The notes: generated by a model not told the origin, from the letters alone. Positions 24,542 through 37,265 are shown, counted from the first letter of the stretch. The stretch: DNA of 64,000 nucleotides from Eledone cirrhosa (GCA_964016885.1 OZ024741.1:148366001-148430000); one strand, 5' to 3'. Numbers and translations: made by a program.

Positions 24542-24634
24542 ATGACTGAAGAAAACATGGCAGTTAAAACTAAAGAGATACTCGTCAATAAGAAATTCAT
24601 TTTTGAAAAAAAGAAAAAAAAGGAAAAAAAGCAA
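24542..24634 (+). CDS. MYCBPAP: MYCBPAP candidate first coding exon
   Basis: Acceptor ttccag just upstream. ATG...MTEENMAVKTKEILVNKKFIFEKKKKKEKKQ|gtatta, phase 0 and compatible with 29807. No recognisable homology, so based on splice signals only. Confidence 0.45.
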
Positions 24635-24738
24635 GTATTAACTTATTTTGTAAAACCTAACTTAAGATTGTTGACTGATTTCGATTTTTCCATCATTAAC
24701 TTGTAACAGTTTACAATGGTTTTTGTAATAATTCAGTT

Positions 24739-24950
24739 TTAACCAATTAGCATTTAAACCAGCTGCATCCGGCCAGAATTCTCTCACCTCTCTTTGTTCA
24801 AACCGGCCGTAACTGGTTGCTCATACTGATGTTAAGGTATTGTTCTCAAAATAAATAATATCAAAATCTCATAGATTCGATATTATGTGAGATAGATTCG
24901 ATATTATGTGAGATAAAGCCTTTATCATGAAAATATAATAGTAAATGTAG
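24739..24950 (+). mobile_element. piggyBac-type MITE, right end missing
   Basis: Body matches the TTAA-flanked family at 30711, 32394, 34497, 41859, 42230 and 60285. Confidence 0.75.
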
Positions 24951-25252
24951 TTGGTTGTCTATTTATTTCTAGTCCTAATATTTTTGTGTACTTATCTTTG
25001 TTTTTGTTAAAAGACACTTCTAAATTTTGTGTTATCGTCTCACATTGTCTCACATTAACAGAGCGGTTCTCCAATCTGTGGTGCAAATTGGTGTTACAAG
25101 TACAATACCCCTTAATGAACAAAATTGCATGGAAGTATGATGGTGATGAGGTGGAGATGCAGTTGTCTGTTCATATTTTATTTAACTGTTTTTCTGTGTG
25201 CATTTTTTGCTGATATGCTGATTATACATACATACATACATATATATATATA

Positions 25253-25553
25253 TCATCATCATCATCATCATTTTACGCCTGCTTTTCCCTGCTTGCAAGG
25301 GTGGGGCGGGAACTGATTCTGGCTTGATTTCTACAGCTGGATGCCCTTCCTAACACCAACCTCATTTACAGTGAGTGCTGGGTGCTTTTTTTCCATGGCT
25401 CCTCCACGGCCACTTTGCAGTGGAATGATATGGACCCCAGTCCCTATCATCTCATTTCTACAGCTGAGTAAACTGGAGCAATGCGAAATAAAGTGTCTTG
25501 CTCAAGGAAACAACACATCACCCGGTCTGAGAATTGAACTCATAACCTTTCGA
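25253..25553 (-). mobile_element. tRNA-derived SINE with RTE-type (GAT)n tail, head truncated
   Basis: Reverse complement of the 52972-53300 family; (TA)n on both sides. Confidence 0.8.
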
Positions 25554-25624
25554 TATATATATATATATATATATAGGAGGCACATGGCTCAAGCAAACTT
25601 CAATACTCTCATATATATATATAG

Positions 25625-27743
25625 GTAGCTTGGAAGTGTCACTATGAAAGGCTACTAAATGAGGAGAATAAATGGGAGAAAGACAGTCTCCCCCTTATCG
25701 ACCCGATAGAGGGACCAGCAGTGTTAGTCGAGGGGAGTATAATAAGTAAGGCAATCAAGGATACGAAGACTGGTAAGGCGGCTGGGCCTTCAGAAATAGT
25801 TGCTGAGATGCTGAAGGCATCTGGCACGGTGGGACACACCATGGTCACCCGCATAGTTAACCAAGTCGTACAGAATGGGGTTGTTCCAAAGGACTGGCAT
25901 AGCAGCATCATCGTTAACTGTTATAAGGGTAAAGGAGACGCGCTAGATAGGAGTAACAATAGAGGCATTAAATTAATCGACCAGGTCATGAAGGTCACGG
26001 AAAAAGTAATAGCGCAACTAATCAGAGAGAGAATTGATCTAGATGAAATGCAGTTCGGGTTTGTGTCAGGCAAAAGCACCACAGACGCTCTTTTCATAGT
26101 ACGACAACTACAGGAGAAGTACCTAGCTAAAGGTAAACCCCTCTACTTAGCTTTTGTCGACCTGGAGAAAGCCTTCGACAGAGTCCCCCGCTCCATTATC
26201 TGGTGGGCTCTTAGAAAACTAGGCGTTGACGAATGGCTTGTGAGGGCTATACAAGCCATGTATAAAGAAACAGTCAGCAAGGTTAGAATTAACAACGAAT
26301 ATAGTGAAGAGTTTAGCGTAAAAGTTGGCGTCCATCAGGGCTCTGTTCTCAGCCCCCTACTATTTATTATTGCCCTTCAGGCTATAACAGAGGAGTTCAA
26401 GACAGGCTGCCCATGGGAACTCCTATACGCAGACGACCTGACACTCATAGCGGAATCAATGGCCGAGCTAGAGAAGAAATTCCAAACATGGAAGCACGGC
26501 CTAGAGTCAAAAGGACTTAAAATTAACCTGGCTAAGACCAAAGTTCTAGTTTGTAGGAAAGAAAACAAGGCGGCGGTCCCTTCTGGGAAATGGTCGTGCT
26601 CGGTATGTAGGAAAGGCGTAGGTAGAAACTCCATCTTATGTCCTAAATGCAAAGTATGGGTGCATAAAAGATGTAGTGGGATCACAGGTAAGCTAACTAA
26701 GAACATAGACTTTACATGTGGCCGGTGTTCTGGTGCAATAAGTAGCAGCAAGTGCCCACAAAATACTAGCTCTTTCAATTGCGCAGAGGGTTCTATAGAA
26801 ATAGTGGACAGCTTCCGTTACCTGGGCGATAAAATCAGCAGTGGGGGAGGGTGCTCTGAAAGTACTGTAGCTAGAGTCAGAACTGGTTGGAAAAAGTTCA
26901 GAGAGCTTATACCACTATTAGCTGCTAAAGGGTTCTCCCTAAAAATGAAAGGCAGGTTGTACGATGCCTGCATACGAACAGCAATGTTGCATGGTAGTGA
27001 GACCTGGGCATTGTGTGCAGAGGATATACGCAGACTAGAGAGGAACGAAGCTTGCATGCTCCGCTGGATGTGTAACAGTAATATACGTGAACGGCAAAGC
27101 ATAAACGAACTAAGGAAAAAATTAGAGATAAGAGGGATCAGATGTTGTTTACTCGAGAGAAGGCTGCGTTGGTATGGACACGTGATGCGCATGAAAGTCG
27201 ATAGCTATATTACAAAGTGCAGGGCAATAAAGATAGACGGTAGCCACGGAATAGGCAGACCTAGAAAAACATGGGATGAGCTGATAAACTCCGACCTCAC
27301 ACACTTACACCTCTCCAAGACAATGTCACTGGACCGTGACCTTTGGCGGTACTCAGTAACAGAGAAGACCCGCCTTGCCAGTAGGCATCTCTAACAAAAT
27401 ACACCCCTCCCGCCGCCACCCCCACCCCATCCACACCACCCCGTTCTATGTAAAGTTATGTTGGTGCCGCGCCATCCAGGCCGAAACAAACGAGATCGTG
27501 TAGGTGTCACGACAAAAAAACACACAGTCCACGCTGTAATGTGGCCGTGTAGGCAACACGGTAAAAACCTCCCAGACCCACACTGTAAATGTGGTTGGTG
27601 TTAGGAAGGGCATCCAACTGTAGAAAACCTGCCAGACAGTCCTATGCGAGCAAGACAATCACTCTTGCCTCAAGTGGGACTACCCCCGTCCAAACCCATG
27701 CAAGCGTGGAACACGGACGTTAAACGTTGATGATGATGATGAT
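25625..27743 (+). mobile_element. RTE-clade LINE with PHD finger inside RT; 5'-truncated but uninterrupted frame (young copy)
   Basis: Open frame 25625-27394: YKGKGD...RGIKL, QFGF, FVDLEKAFDRV, GVHQGSVLSPLLF, LLYADD, C4HC3 insert, FRYLG, MLHGSETW, RRLRWYGHVMR, GRPRKTW. 3' UTR ends in (GAT)n; (TA)n on both flanks. Confidence 0.95.
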
Positions 27744-27774
27744 GATATATATATATACACACACACACACACAT

Positions 27775-28050
27775 CCAGCCCATACTGTAAAGTGGTTGTG
27801 TAGGCGTCATGACAAAAAGTACCCATCCCACAGTGTAAAGTGGTCGTGTAGGAGACACGGCAAAAAGCACCCAGCACACACTGTAAATGTGGTTGGCGTT
27901 AGGAAGGGCATCCAGCCATAGAAAACCAGCCAGAAGCTGTCCTATATGAGAGAGACATGGTCAGCTGACTCAACTTGCCTCTATTGGGACAAATCCGTCT
28001 AACCCACGCTAGCATGGAAAATAGACATTAAACAATGATGATGATGATGA
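27775..28050 (+). mobile_element. RTE-type 3' UTR / SINE tail fragment
   Basis: gttggcgttaggaagggcatccagcc...aacccacgctagcatggaaaatagacattaaac(gat)n. Confidence 0.75.
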
Positions 28051-28057
28051 TATATAT

Positions 28058-29400
28058 ATCATCATCATCATCTTCACCATTTAACATCTATTTTCTCATA
28101 CTAGCATGGGTTTGACAAGTTGTCCCATTGTAAGACAAGCTAAATCAGATGACCATGTTTTTCTCATACAGAATTGTTTCTGGCTTGATGTCTACTGCTG
28201 TATGCCCTTCCTAATGCCAATCACAATTACTGTGTGGACTCTGTGCATTTTGTCATGACACATACACAACCACTTTATTGGGTGCTTTTTGTTGTGACAC
28301 CTATATCATCACTTTACAGTGTGAACTGGGCGCTTAGTGTTGTGGCACCAACATGACCACTTTACAATGTGGACTGGGGGCTGAGGTGAGGGAGGTTAGT
28401 GGGATTAGAGAAGTTGATCTAGGGTGGGGCACTTATCTGGTGAAGGGTGGGAGTGTAAGGATGTAGATATGAGGGGTGGGGTGTTAGGACATGGATGGAG
28501 TGTTAGGATGTGGGTGGAGTGTGGAAGGGGGAGTGAAAGGTAGGGGGAAATGATGCATACTAGTTGTATGCATCAACCTGTGGACATAGGAAGGCAGTAA
28601 TTCTGTATTACTGCATAACACCAAACATCTCGATCTTGTGTCATTACCTTCGAGAGGTGAAATTGTGCAAGGTCAAGTTTTATCACCTCACTCATCCCAA
28701 GTTTTCCTAGGTCTTCTTTCTCCATAACTTCCATCAACTTTGATCACCCTGCACATTTTTATACAGCTGTCATCCTTCATACACATCACATGCTCATACC
28801 AATGTCTTCTTCTCTCTTGCACACTGCATCTGACCCTTCTTAGGCCTAGCTTCTCTATTGGTTCAGTTACACTTTGCAGTTTGTCTATATTACTGTTACA
28901 CATCCATCAAAGCATGGAAGCTTCATTTATTTCCAATCTTTGCAGGTCCTCTACACACAGTGCCCAGGTTTCACTATCATGCAACATTGCTGTTTGTATA
29001 CATACATCATACAATCTGCCCTTCATTTTAAGGGAAAATCCTCGCTCTAGCTACAGTACTTTTGGAATTCCCACCGCCACTGCTAATTTGGATGATCATG
29101 TAACAGAAACTATCAACTACTTCCACCGAGTCCTCTGGGCATTTAAAGGTGCTAGTATTCTGTGGGCTCATGCTACTTATTGCATCTGTGCAACGACCAC
29201 ATATGAAACCGGCATTCTTTGCTAGCCTACATGAAATCCCACTACGTCTCTTGTGTACCCATAGTTTGCAGTTTTGAGCATAGGATGGAGTTTCTACCTA
29301 CTCCTTTCCTGCCTTTTCTCTGGAGGAATCTGGGCTCTGTTTTCCTTTATACATACTAGGACTTTGGTATTTGCCAAGTTGACTTTAAGACCTTTAGCCA
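28058..29400 (-). mobile_element. Older degenerate RTE-PHD LINE 3' portion
   Basis: Remnants such as MCNSNIDKLQSV...ERRRHWYEHVMCMKDDSCIK...RPRKTWDE and WVHKRRSG; the inverted (GAT)n tail starts at ~28058. Confidence 0.85.
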
Positions 29401-29806
29401 ATCTGTATTTCTATTTTTGATTATTGCTGTGGTAATTTTCCATCTATAAATGATTTCTAAGTATCAAACCAGCGTATCAAACCAGTACTTTAGATGATTT
29501 TTAAGTGATCTACTTTTTAAACTCTTAATGTCCTGTACTCCATGAAACTGCGTTAGCTAGACATTCTTGAACTGTAAAAAACTGCTTTAGTTTCCTGCAA
29601 ATTTTCACAACAATCTCTCCATTAGTAAAGATACTATAAACATTTGAATTAAAAAACCTGTTTCTAGATATTTTCTGTTAAATCATTAGAAGATCTATAA
29701 TCTGTCACATGATTAAGTCAGTAATTGATGACCAATATTTGTATCAGGTTTTCAGAAGGTCCCCACAGATAGTGGTTTATCTGTCTAATTTATAGACTAT
29801 TTATAG

Positions 29807-29837
29807 GTGTGTTCCAATTCTACATCAGAAGAGATAG
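29807..29837 (+). CDS. MYCBPAP: MYCBPAP candidate micro-exon
   Basis: ttatag|VCSNSTSEEI G|gtatat. Phase 0 to 1, bridging 24634 and 31584. Confidence 0.4.
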
Positions 29838-30384
29838 GTATATTCTATCTGTTTACAACAAACCAGATACTGCACTGCAATGTAATGTGCCATCTGTCTT
29901 GTGTCCATCCCACTCTTATTATCTACTACTTGCACCCTAACAACACACACACTTCAATCTTCAATTTTCAAAATCAGGCAAATTCTGCACACCTCTATAG
30001 TCTATATCCTAGATAGCTACCCTGTTGGCACAGGCCCTGCATACATGTAAAACCTTTGAATATTGCTTTCTTCAATTGAGGAATTTTTTCATTTCAAATT
30101 GATCCTTTTTGCTTCACTTCACAGAAACCTACAATAACTACACCACAAGTATTTTAATCCTTTCATTACTATATTCTTAATGAAATGCACTTACTGTGTT
30201 TTTTAATTTATCTTGTAAATAATCTATAATTTGAAGAGATTCAGTAAAATAACTATTTCTATTATTAAGCATTTAGTACAAAAAAATTCTTTCAGAACAT
30301 TTTCATTTTTTCTACTGAAATATGAATGCTTCATAACAAGAAGTTTGTCTTCATAGAATTTTGAGGGTTAGGTTGGTATCACAA

Positions 30385-30662
30385 TAAAATAATAATAATG
30401 AAATATTGTGTACAGTGCTCAGGTGCACTACAACTCATCAAAGGTGCATGTATAATACATAGAATAATGTACAAATGTCAGGAAAGTGAACAGTGAATGA
30501 GTCATGATATACATGTGTACATGTGTATGGAGGGGGGATATCAGGTCTAGTGTTGGCGAATTTCAGGAAGTGTGGAGGTTTTAAAGGATGCAGTGTCTCA
30601 GCAGCTAACAACTGATGCAGGTAATTTGTTCCATGCTTCAGCAACTCTGAGTGTAAAGGAGT
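30385..30662 (-). mobile_element. CR1-like LINE 3' end
   Basis: Minus strand encodes FTLRVAEAWNKLPASVVSC*DTASFK (CR1-type F..RV...WN.LP..VV), followed by a UTR and (ATT)n tail. Confidence 0.7.
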
Positions 30663-30710
30663 GAAGGCCATGTTTCCTGCTAAAGCAGGAGTTAACCTTT
30701 CAGAACTGGC

Positions 30711-30909
30711 TTAACCCTTTAATGTTCAAACCGGCCAAAACCGGCCAGAATTCTCTACCTCTCTCTGTTGAAATTGGCTGTAACTGGTCACTCAAACTGA
30801 CGTTAAGGTATTGTTCTCAAAATAAATACTTTCAAAATCTCGTGAGATAAAGCCTTTACCATGAAAATATAATAGTATATATAGAGTAATGTGAATGCTA
30901 AAGGGTTAA
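30711..30909 (+). mobile_element. piggyBac-type MITE (~200 bp)
   Basis: TTAA|ccctttaatgttc...gaatgctaaaggg|TTAA. Confidence 0.85.
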
Positions 30910-31583
30910 TGATATCTATCATTGGGTGCTTTTTGAGGCAATACTTTATAGTCAAATACCCTTCCTGGTGCCAACACTTTTAGTCAGCTGTTATTATATG
31001 CAGCGATACGGTGTACCTACTCTGAACTGGATACACTCAGTTAACATGGCAAAAACCTAAATATTAGGAAAATTACTGGAACATCAGCAGCAGTTTTGAT
31101 TTAAAAAGCAGTAGTCACATGCTAAGCTATTTCGTTACCAGGCAATCATATCTAATCATATCTTATCATATTTTCTGGCTCATTAATCAATAATTATTAA
31201 GCTTGCCCACCCACCTAACATTGAGAAAAATGTTATTTGGATTATAAGTAGTAATTCGAGTTTGTTTAATATTTTACACATCTATATTAATTAAGAGGGA
31301 AAATTGGCAGAGTCATTAAAGCATCAGATAGAATATCTCATGGTATTTCTTCTGGCTCTCTGCTCTGATCTGAGTTCAAATCCTGCTATGGTCAACTATG
31401 CCCTTTCTTTAAAATGTGTGGCTTTGCGCAAACATTAGAATTCATTATTCACATTACATGTTCATACCAATGCAACCGTCTTCCTGTACATATCTTTAAT
31501 CAGTACAATTCCTGATTAGCTGTTTCCTCAAACTCACCTGTACTCATCCTTTTTCTGTGTCATTTTCTCTCTCTCTATCTCAG

Positions 31584-31668
31584 GATTAGCAACATTACTC
31601 TGTGAGAAGGGTCATGCAGAACTCTTCACAGCATCCCTTTTTCCAGAAATGTTGAAGGATTTAGCAAG
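31584..31668 (+). CDS. MYCBPAP: MYCBPAP candidate exon
   Basis: Strong pyrimidine tract ctctctatctcag|; (G)LATLLCEKGHAELFTASLFPEMLKDLA(R)|gtacta. Phase 1 to 2, fits 33022. Confidence 0.55.
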
Positions 31669-32393
31669 GTACTATCAACCTTGTCTCCTCATGGAAAAAA
31701 ATGAATATGTTACTGTAAGCATTGTATGAAATGGTTTAACTCTGCATAAAACTCTATTAGCAAAATACTCTTGAAAAGTATAAAACATCAAAAACTAAAG
31801 TCTTTGCTCCAATATTGCAAATTTTCACATCTATTTGCCCACTTGTAATGATGCTATACACATTTGAATTAACAAACCACTTTAAACCACATTAGCAAAA
31901 CATTCTTGAAAAGTATAAAACAGCACTATGACTGCATCACTGCTAAAAGTGAAGAAGGAGAAGGAGGAGGGAGAGAAGAAGAAGATCCAATAGTTAGGAA
32001 TTTATTTTAACTCATTTATTTCTTTGACTTTTGCAAATATTCTGTGTTCCTTTATTTTTAATTACCCATTTTTCGCAACTATATCGCACCAACAGACTTG
32101 CTGTCTACCTTCCCACTTTCTATCTCTAGCCCACAGATTTACTGTCTACCTCTCCTTTTACTTCTCTAGCCCACATACATGCTGTCTACCCCTCCTTTCC
32201 CTTTCTAACCCACAGACTTGTTGTCTACCCCTCCTTTTGTGGTAAACTTAAATCTGCTATAACACCACCAGCTGACCCTTGACTGCCTTTAGTGGATGTT
32301 TAGGCCAGGGTTTCGCTTTAAGGATAATATCTTCTATGCCACTAGTCTTAGAAGTTCTGGGAAGGGTTATGAATACCATCCTTTCCTTCCTTA

Positions 32394-32621
32394 TTAACCC
32401 TTTAACATTTATTCCAGCTGTATTCGGCCAGAATTCTCCCACCTCTTTCTGTTCAAACCAGCCATAACCAGCTAATCATACTTATATTAAGTATTGTTCT
32501 CAAAATACGCAATACCAAAATCTCATAGATTCGATATTATGTGAGATAATTATGTAAGATAAACCATTTACAGTGAAAATATAATAGTAAATATAGAGTA
32601 ATGTAAATGCTAAAGGGTTAA
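32394..32621 (+). mobile_element. piggyBac-type MITE
   Basis: TTAA|ccctttaacattta...taaatgctaaaggg|TTAA. Confidence 0.85.
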
Positions 32622-33021
32622 ACAGAGATCTTCTGAACATTCAAAATCAATATAAATAATAGCTGTCTGTATTTTGCTGAGTTTTATCTTGAATAAGTTC
32701 ATAGAATTTCTCTAGGACCCATTTGCTGTGTCAAAGTCATGACAACCTTCCTAGTGCTGGTACCATGATAAAATGCACCCAGTTCACTCTGTAGAATGCA
32801 GGAGCATATGTAAGCAAAAAGCAGGGTCTCCATCCTGTCTCAGAGGTCAGTGGTTCTGATTAAGTACTGACATGGTTTGTGACAGCCTACCATTCACTTG
32901 CTAACACAGTAAACAGATGTTAAATAATGTTGACAATGATGATGACAGCAGTGGCAACGACCATAACAATGAAGGGTCTTCAAATAACTCATTAATTATT
33001 TGAAGATGTTATTTATTTTAG

Positions 33022-33083
33022 GTCCATTGTCACTAAACTTGCTTCACCAGATGCCCATATCAAGTATGAAAACTTTATTCATG
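33022..33083 (+). CDS. MYCBPAP: MYCBPAP exon
   Basis: ttttag|SIVTKLASPDAHIKYENFIH G|gtaaga; phase 2 to 1. Confidence 0.7.
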
Positions 33084-33908
33084 GTAAGATAATTTTCTTT
33101 CTTAAATGGAGATTTGCAACTGAATTATATCTAAGAAGAATCTTTATGTATTCACCCTTTTCTTAGTATATGTATAATGAAATACACTGATTGTGATTTT
33201 CAAACAATTTTGAAAATAATCAAAAATTTGAAGGGATTTAGAAATATAACTAGTTACTGTGTTATCAAGCTGGTATTTAAAACAGCTTAACAAAGGTTCT
33301 TGCATAAAATTATAAACGCATTAACAGTTTCTGGTGGGTTGGTATAAACAAAGTTAAAGTTTTATTATAATATATATATTATTATTATAAAGAACGAGGA
33401 ATCAGTGTTGCATCATATCACATTTATTAACATATTACATATGTTTCTCTGTCGATGTGTGTGTGTGTATGTATATTTTATATGATTAAATTCTTACTCT
33501 GAAACAATTTTTGTTTCATTTAATGTTCTACTATAATGCTGTATGTATTTGGTTTAGAATATGTAATCCATATTTTATAAGAGGTGACAAAAAGGATTGA
33601 TGCCATAAAGGGCATCTGACCATAAACTATTGCAACCCGACTGACTCTGGCTCTACAAAACAAAAACCACTAATTTTAAAGGGTTTCTATTTAAATTAAA
33701 ATATTCCACCATTATTTGATGTAAGAACCATGTTATGTTGCTATCTTAGTAATGAGATCATTAATAATTTTAATAAACCCGTTAAAATTCGTAATTAATC
33801 AACAAGACTTTATTTTATTAGAATTACAATCACAAGAGAATTAAAAAGTAAATGTTTTTTCTAGAATATTTTTATGATGTTGATATCAATTTGTTTAAAA
33901 TATTTTAG

Positions 33909-33994
33909 GCCCTGAATTTGATGATATTGGTCGGTTAATACCACACAGTATAGCTGGAACATATGATGATTTTTGTAAAATGGCTCTCAGACAT
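33909..33994 (+). CDS. MYCBPAP: MYCBPAP exon
   Basis: GPEFDDIGRLIPHSIAGTYDDFCKMALRH resembles the MYCBPAP motif GP.FD..G..IPHSILG...DF...AL (recalled); canonical splice sites. Confidence 0.85.
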
Positions 33995-34496
33995 GTAAAG
34001 AAATATTTATATACTCCTTTATTCTTTTAATTGTTTCAGTCATTGAACAGAGACTATGCTGGGGCTCCTCTTTCAAGGGTTTTTAGTCAATTATATCGAC
34101 TCCAGTACCTACTTTTTTTCTAGTTTGGTACTTATTTTGTCGATCTATTTCATTGAATGTCTAAGTTATGAGACATAAGCAGACAGGCCCAAACATAAAC
34201 ACGGACACACACGCACATACAAACACACTCCTCCAGTTTCCCTTTACCACATTTTACTCACAAGACATTGGTCAACCTGAGGCTATAGTAAAAGACACTT
34301 TCCCAAGCTGTCATATAGTGGGTTTGAATCTGGAACCAACTGGTTGCAAAGTGAATTTGTTAATTACTCAACTATAGTGAAGTAATTCATTCATTTTCTG
34401 CATGATGCATGAATTGATAATGACACAGCATGCTGACTATGTTAAGGTTTGAGCCTATAGCTGGATAAGGATGATAGATTTAACTCATTGCCTGGT

Positions 34497-34699
34497 TTAA
34501 CCCTGCATTTATTCCGACCAGAATTCTCTCACTTCTTTCTGTTCAAACTGGTCATAACCGGCCACTCATACAGATGTTAAGGTATTGTTCTCAAAATAAA
34601 TAATATCAAAATCTCATAAATTCAATATTATGTAAGGTAAATCCTTTCCCATGAAAATATAATAGTAAATATAGAGTAATGTAAATGCTAAAGGGTTAA
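34497..34699 (+). mobile_element. piggyBac-type MITE
   Basis: TTAA|ccctgcattta...taaatgctaaaggg|TTAA. Confidence 0.85.
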
Positions 34700-35220
34700 T
34701 ATCACCACAGGGCCCATGAGTGCCTTTAGCAGAGTCCACTCTGTTGCAAGCATTTGAGTAAGGTCTTTTCTGGATTAAAAACACCTTTCTTCTTTCCACC
34801 AGCCTCAGAGTCTCTGAAAAGGGTTATGGGGACTGTCCTTCTCTTACTGACTTTAAAAAAAAAAAAAGAATGGCATGGTTTGTATGAAGCTATAACTCTT
34901 AATTGAGTTGTAGGGCCAGTGTAGTGACATACAATGTACCTTAGGAATTTTAAACCTGGCAGAGATCATCCTTCTCAAGGTTTGAACACATCCAATTTCT
35001 TCCAGAGAAAGAGAGGGTGTAAGGGAGAAAAGAAATAAGAAAGAGATATAGTAGAACTGGTATTTTTTTTATCAACCTCAAAAGTTGACCTTGGTGGAAT
35101 TTGAGAGCCAGAACAAATAATGCAAAACATTCTATCTGACATTCTAATGACTCTGCCAATTTGCTGCCTCGGGTGGGGTGAAACATTTAAATAAATTCTT
35201 CTACTCTTTTGTTATTCCAG

Positions 35221-35380
35221 AATTTTCCTTTCCCGAAATGTGAAGATATTATAGGCATCCCAGAGTTTTCATCTCGTAACAGTTACAGATCAGTACTATC
35301 TTTGACTGCTGATACCCAAGCACTAAACAACTGGTTACAAAGAAATGAGGAACAAAGACTACAACAACTTTATGTTAGCC
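35221..35380 (+). CDS. MYCBPAP: MYCBPAP exon
   Basis: ttccag|NFPFPKCED...DTQALNNWLQRNEEQRLQQLYVS|gtaagt. The ALNNW.......QQ..S motif is typical of MYCBPAP. Confidence 0.85.
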
Positions 35381-35454
35381 GTAAGTTCAACCAAAGCATT
35401 TTGTATTATTATAAATATCAGTTTCCAACCTTGAAAAAGATTGCTGTCACAATG

Positions 35455-37265
35455 AAACTAGAGGTGATACTTCTTTTTCTTCCAATGGGTCTTGTCACAA
35501 ACAACTATCTCCAGCTGATCCGGCTGGATCCCCAAGTGAGACCAGCCGAGCTCATGGATATTATCTAACCATCTTGCTTGGTGTCTACCCCTGGGTCTCC
35601 TGCTGGTTAGTTTTGTCCATAAAATATGTCCAACAATTATTTCCTGTGATATTCTAACCATATGTCCATAATATAAGAGCTGAGATCTCTCAATGAAGAG
35701 ATGTAGCAGCTCTACCTGGAGTGACTCTCTGATCTCCGAGCTACGCACTCTCTCAAGTAACGTTACTCCAAAGACCCCTTGGAGGAACCCCATTTTAGCC
35801 ACTTGTATTAGCGATCATATTCTTTGGGTCATTACCCAAGATTAATGACCTTAGGTAAGGGTTGGCATGAATACCAAATTGAAGGTAGCGAGTTTGGCTT
35901 TTACACCTACTACCCTTCTTCTGATGATCAAATGCTGAAGTTGGTGCATCACTGCATCAGCTCCTGCAATTTTTGCACTTAATTCAGCCTCCTGCTTTCC
36001 ATCACTTGTGAATATGGCCCTGAGGTACTTGAACTTCTCCACCTGCTTCAGTGGAACTCTCACTCATATGTAGAGTGCACTGTGCAGACTTCTTTGAGAG
36101 GACAAGTGTCTCAGTCTTTGCAGCATTGATTTTCATTCCTGTGTTACAGCACTTGGCAGCAAACCTATCAAGTGCATGTCAGAGATCATCTTCTGACAAG
36201 TTAAGTAGTACCATGTTGTCTGCAAATTCCAGCGAACTAATCCTACACCTGCCAGTCGCAATACCACATCCAACCTGGCTGTACATGTCCATCCTGTCCA
36301 TGAAGATTATGAACAGGAGAGGTGTCAGTAAGGACCCTTGATGGAGTCCAACTCCCACATTGAATGATTTTGACATAGCACCATTTATCTGAACACAAAT
36401 ATTGGGCATTTGTATAGAGACATCAGGGCAATAAGAAGCTGTCCATCAATCCCATACTCCTGCATAACCTTCCACAACAGGTCTTATGGAATCCAGTCAT
36501 ATGCCTTTTTGATGTCTTCAAAACAAGAATACACTTCTTGGCAGTGCTCCCATGATTTTTCAATGTCCTGCCTCAGTATGAGTATGTGCTGTGTTCGGGG
36601 TGAAAACCATACTGTTCATCAGCTAGCTTGAACTCGACAATCTCCCTACTTCTCTTTGCCAGACACTGAGTATAGACTTTACTGGGGAGGCTTAACAAGG
36701 AGATCCATCTATAATTGGAGCAATATCTCTTGTCTCCCTTTTTGAAAAGTGGGATTATCACTCCCAATTGCCATTGTTTAGGTGCCTTTTCAGAGATCCA
36801 GACCACTCGGCACACACAAGTCAACCAGAGAATACTTTCTCTATTTAAGACCTTTAACATCTTGGGCCAAATCTCATCCCCCCCAGTGGCCTTGCCACAT
36901 TTGAACTTTTTAATTGCTCTAGTACCTCAGCCTCTGTGAGATTAATCATCACTCCCAGATGCACCTCATGTACATCAGAAGATGCTGTTGTAACCAGGTT
37001 TGGGAGATCAGCAAAGTATTCTCTTCACATCACAAGGATACACCTCTCTGGAGAGAAGAGAACTCCAGATGCATTCCTGATAGCAGGAGTGGTGGCGGAC
37101 TTCTTATTCGAAGTTGGCAGATGGTTTGCCAGAATACTTTATTTGTTGATCTGGAGTTGGATTCCAGCTTAACCACAAAGTCTTCCCATATCTTAACTTT
37201 GGACGCCTCTACTGTCTCTGTTGCAACTTTTCATGCTTGCTTGTACAGCAGATCTGAGAGGTGAA
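35455..37265 (-). mobile_element. RTE-clade LINE (no PHD), 5'-truncated, degenerate; same family as 6226-7556
   Basis: WQLGVIIPLFKKGDKRYCSNYRWISLLSLPSKVY, GLHQGSLLTPLLFIIFMD, LEFADN, VEKFKYL and RRPRGR...RW. Confidence 0.88.

Noticed and set aside
25721-27394. 557-aa intact RT ORF as a domesticated gene or autonomous element
   Set aside because: 5'-truncated with no endonuclease or initiator ATG, multiple close paralogues, and a LINE tail; intactness reflects young age.
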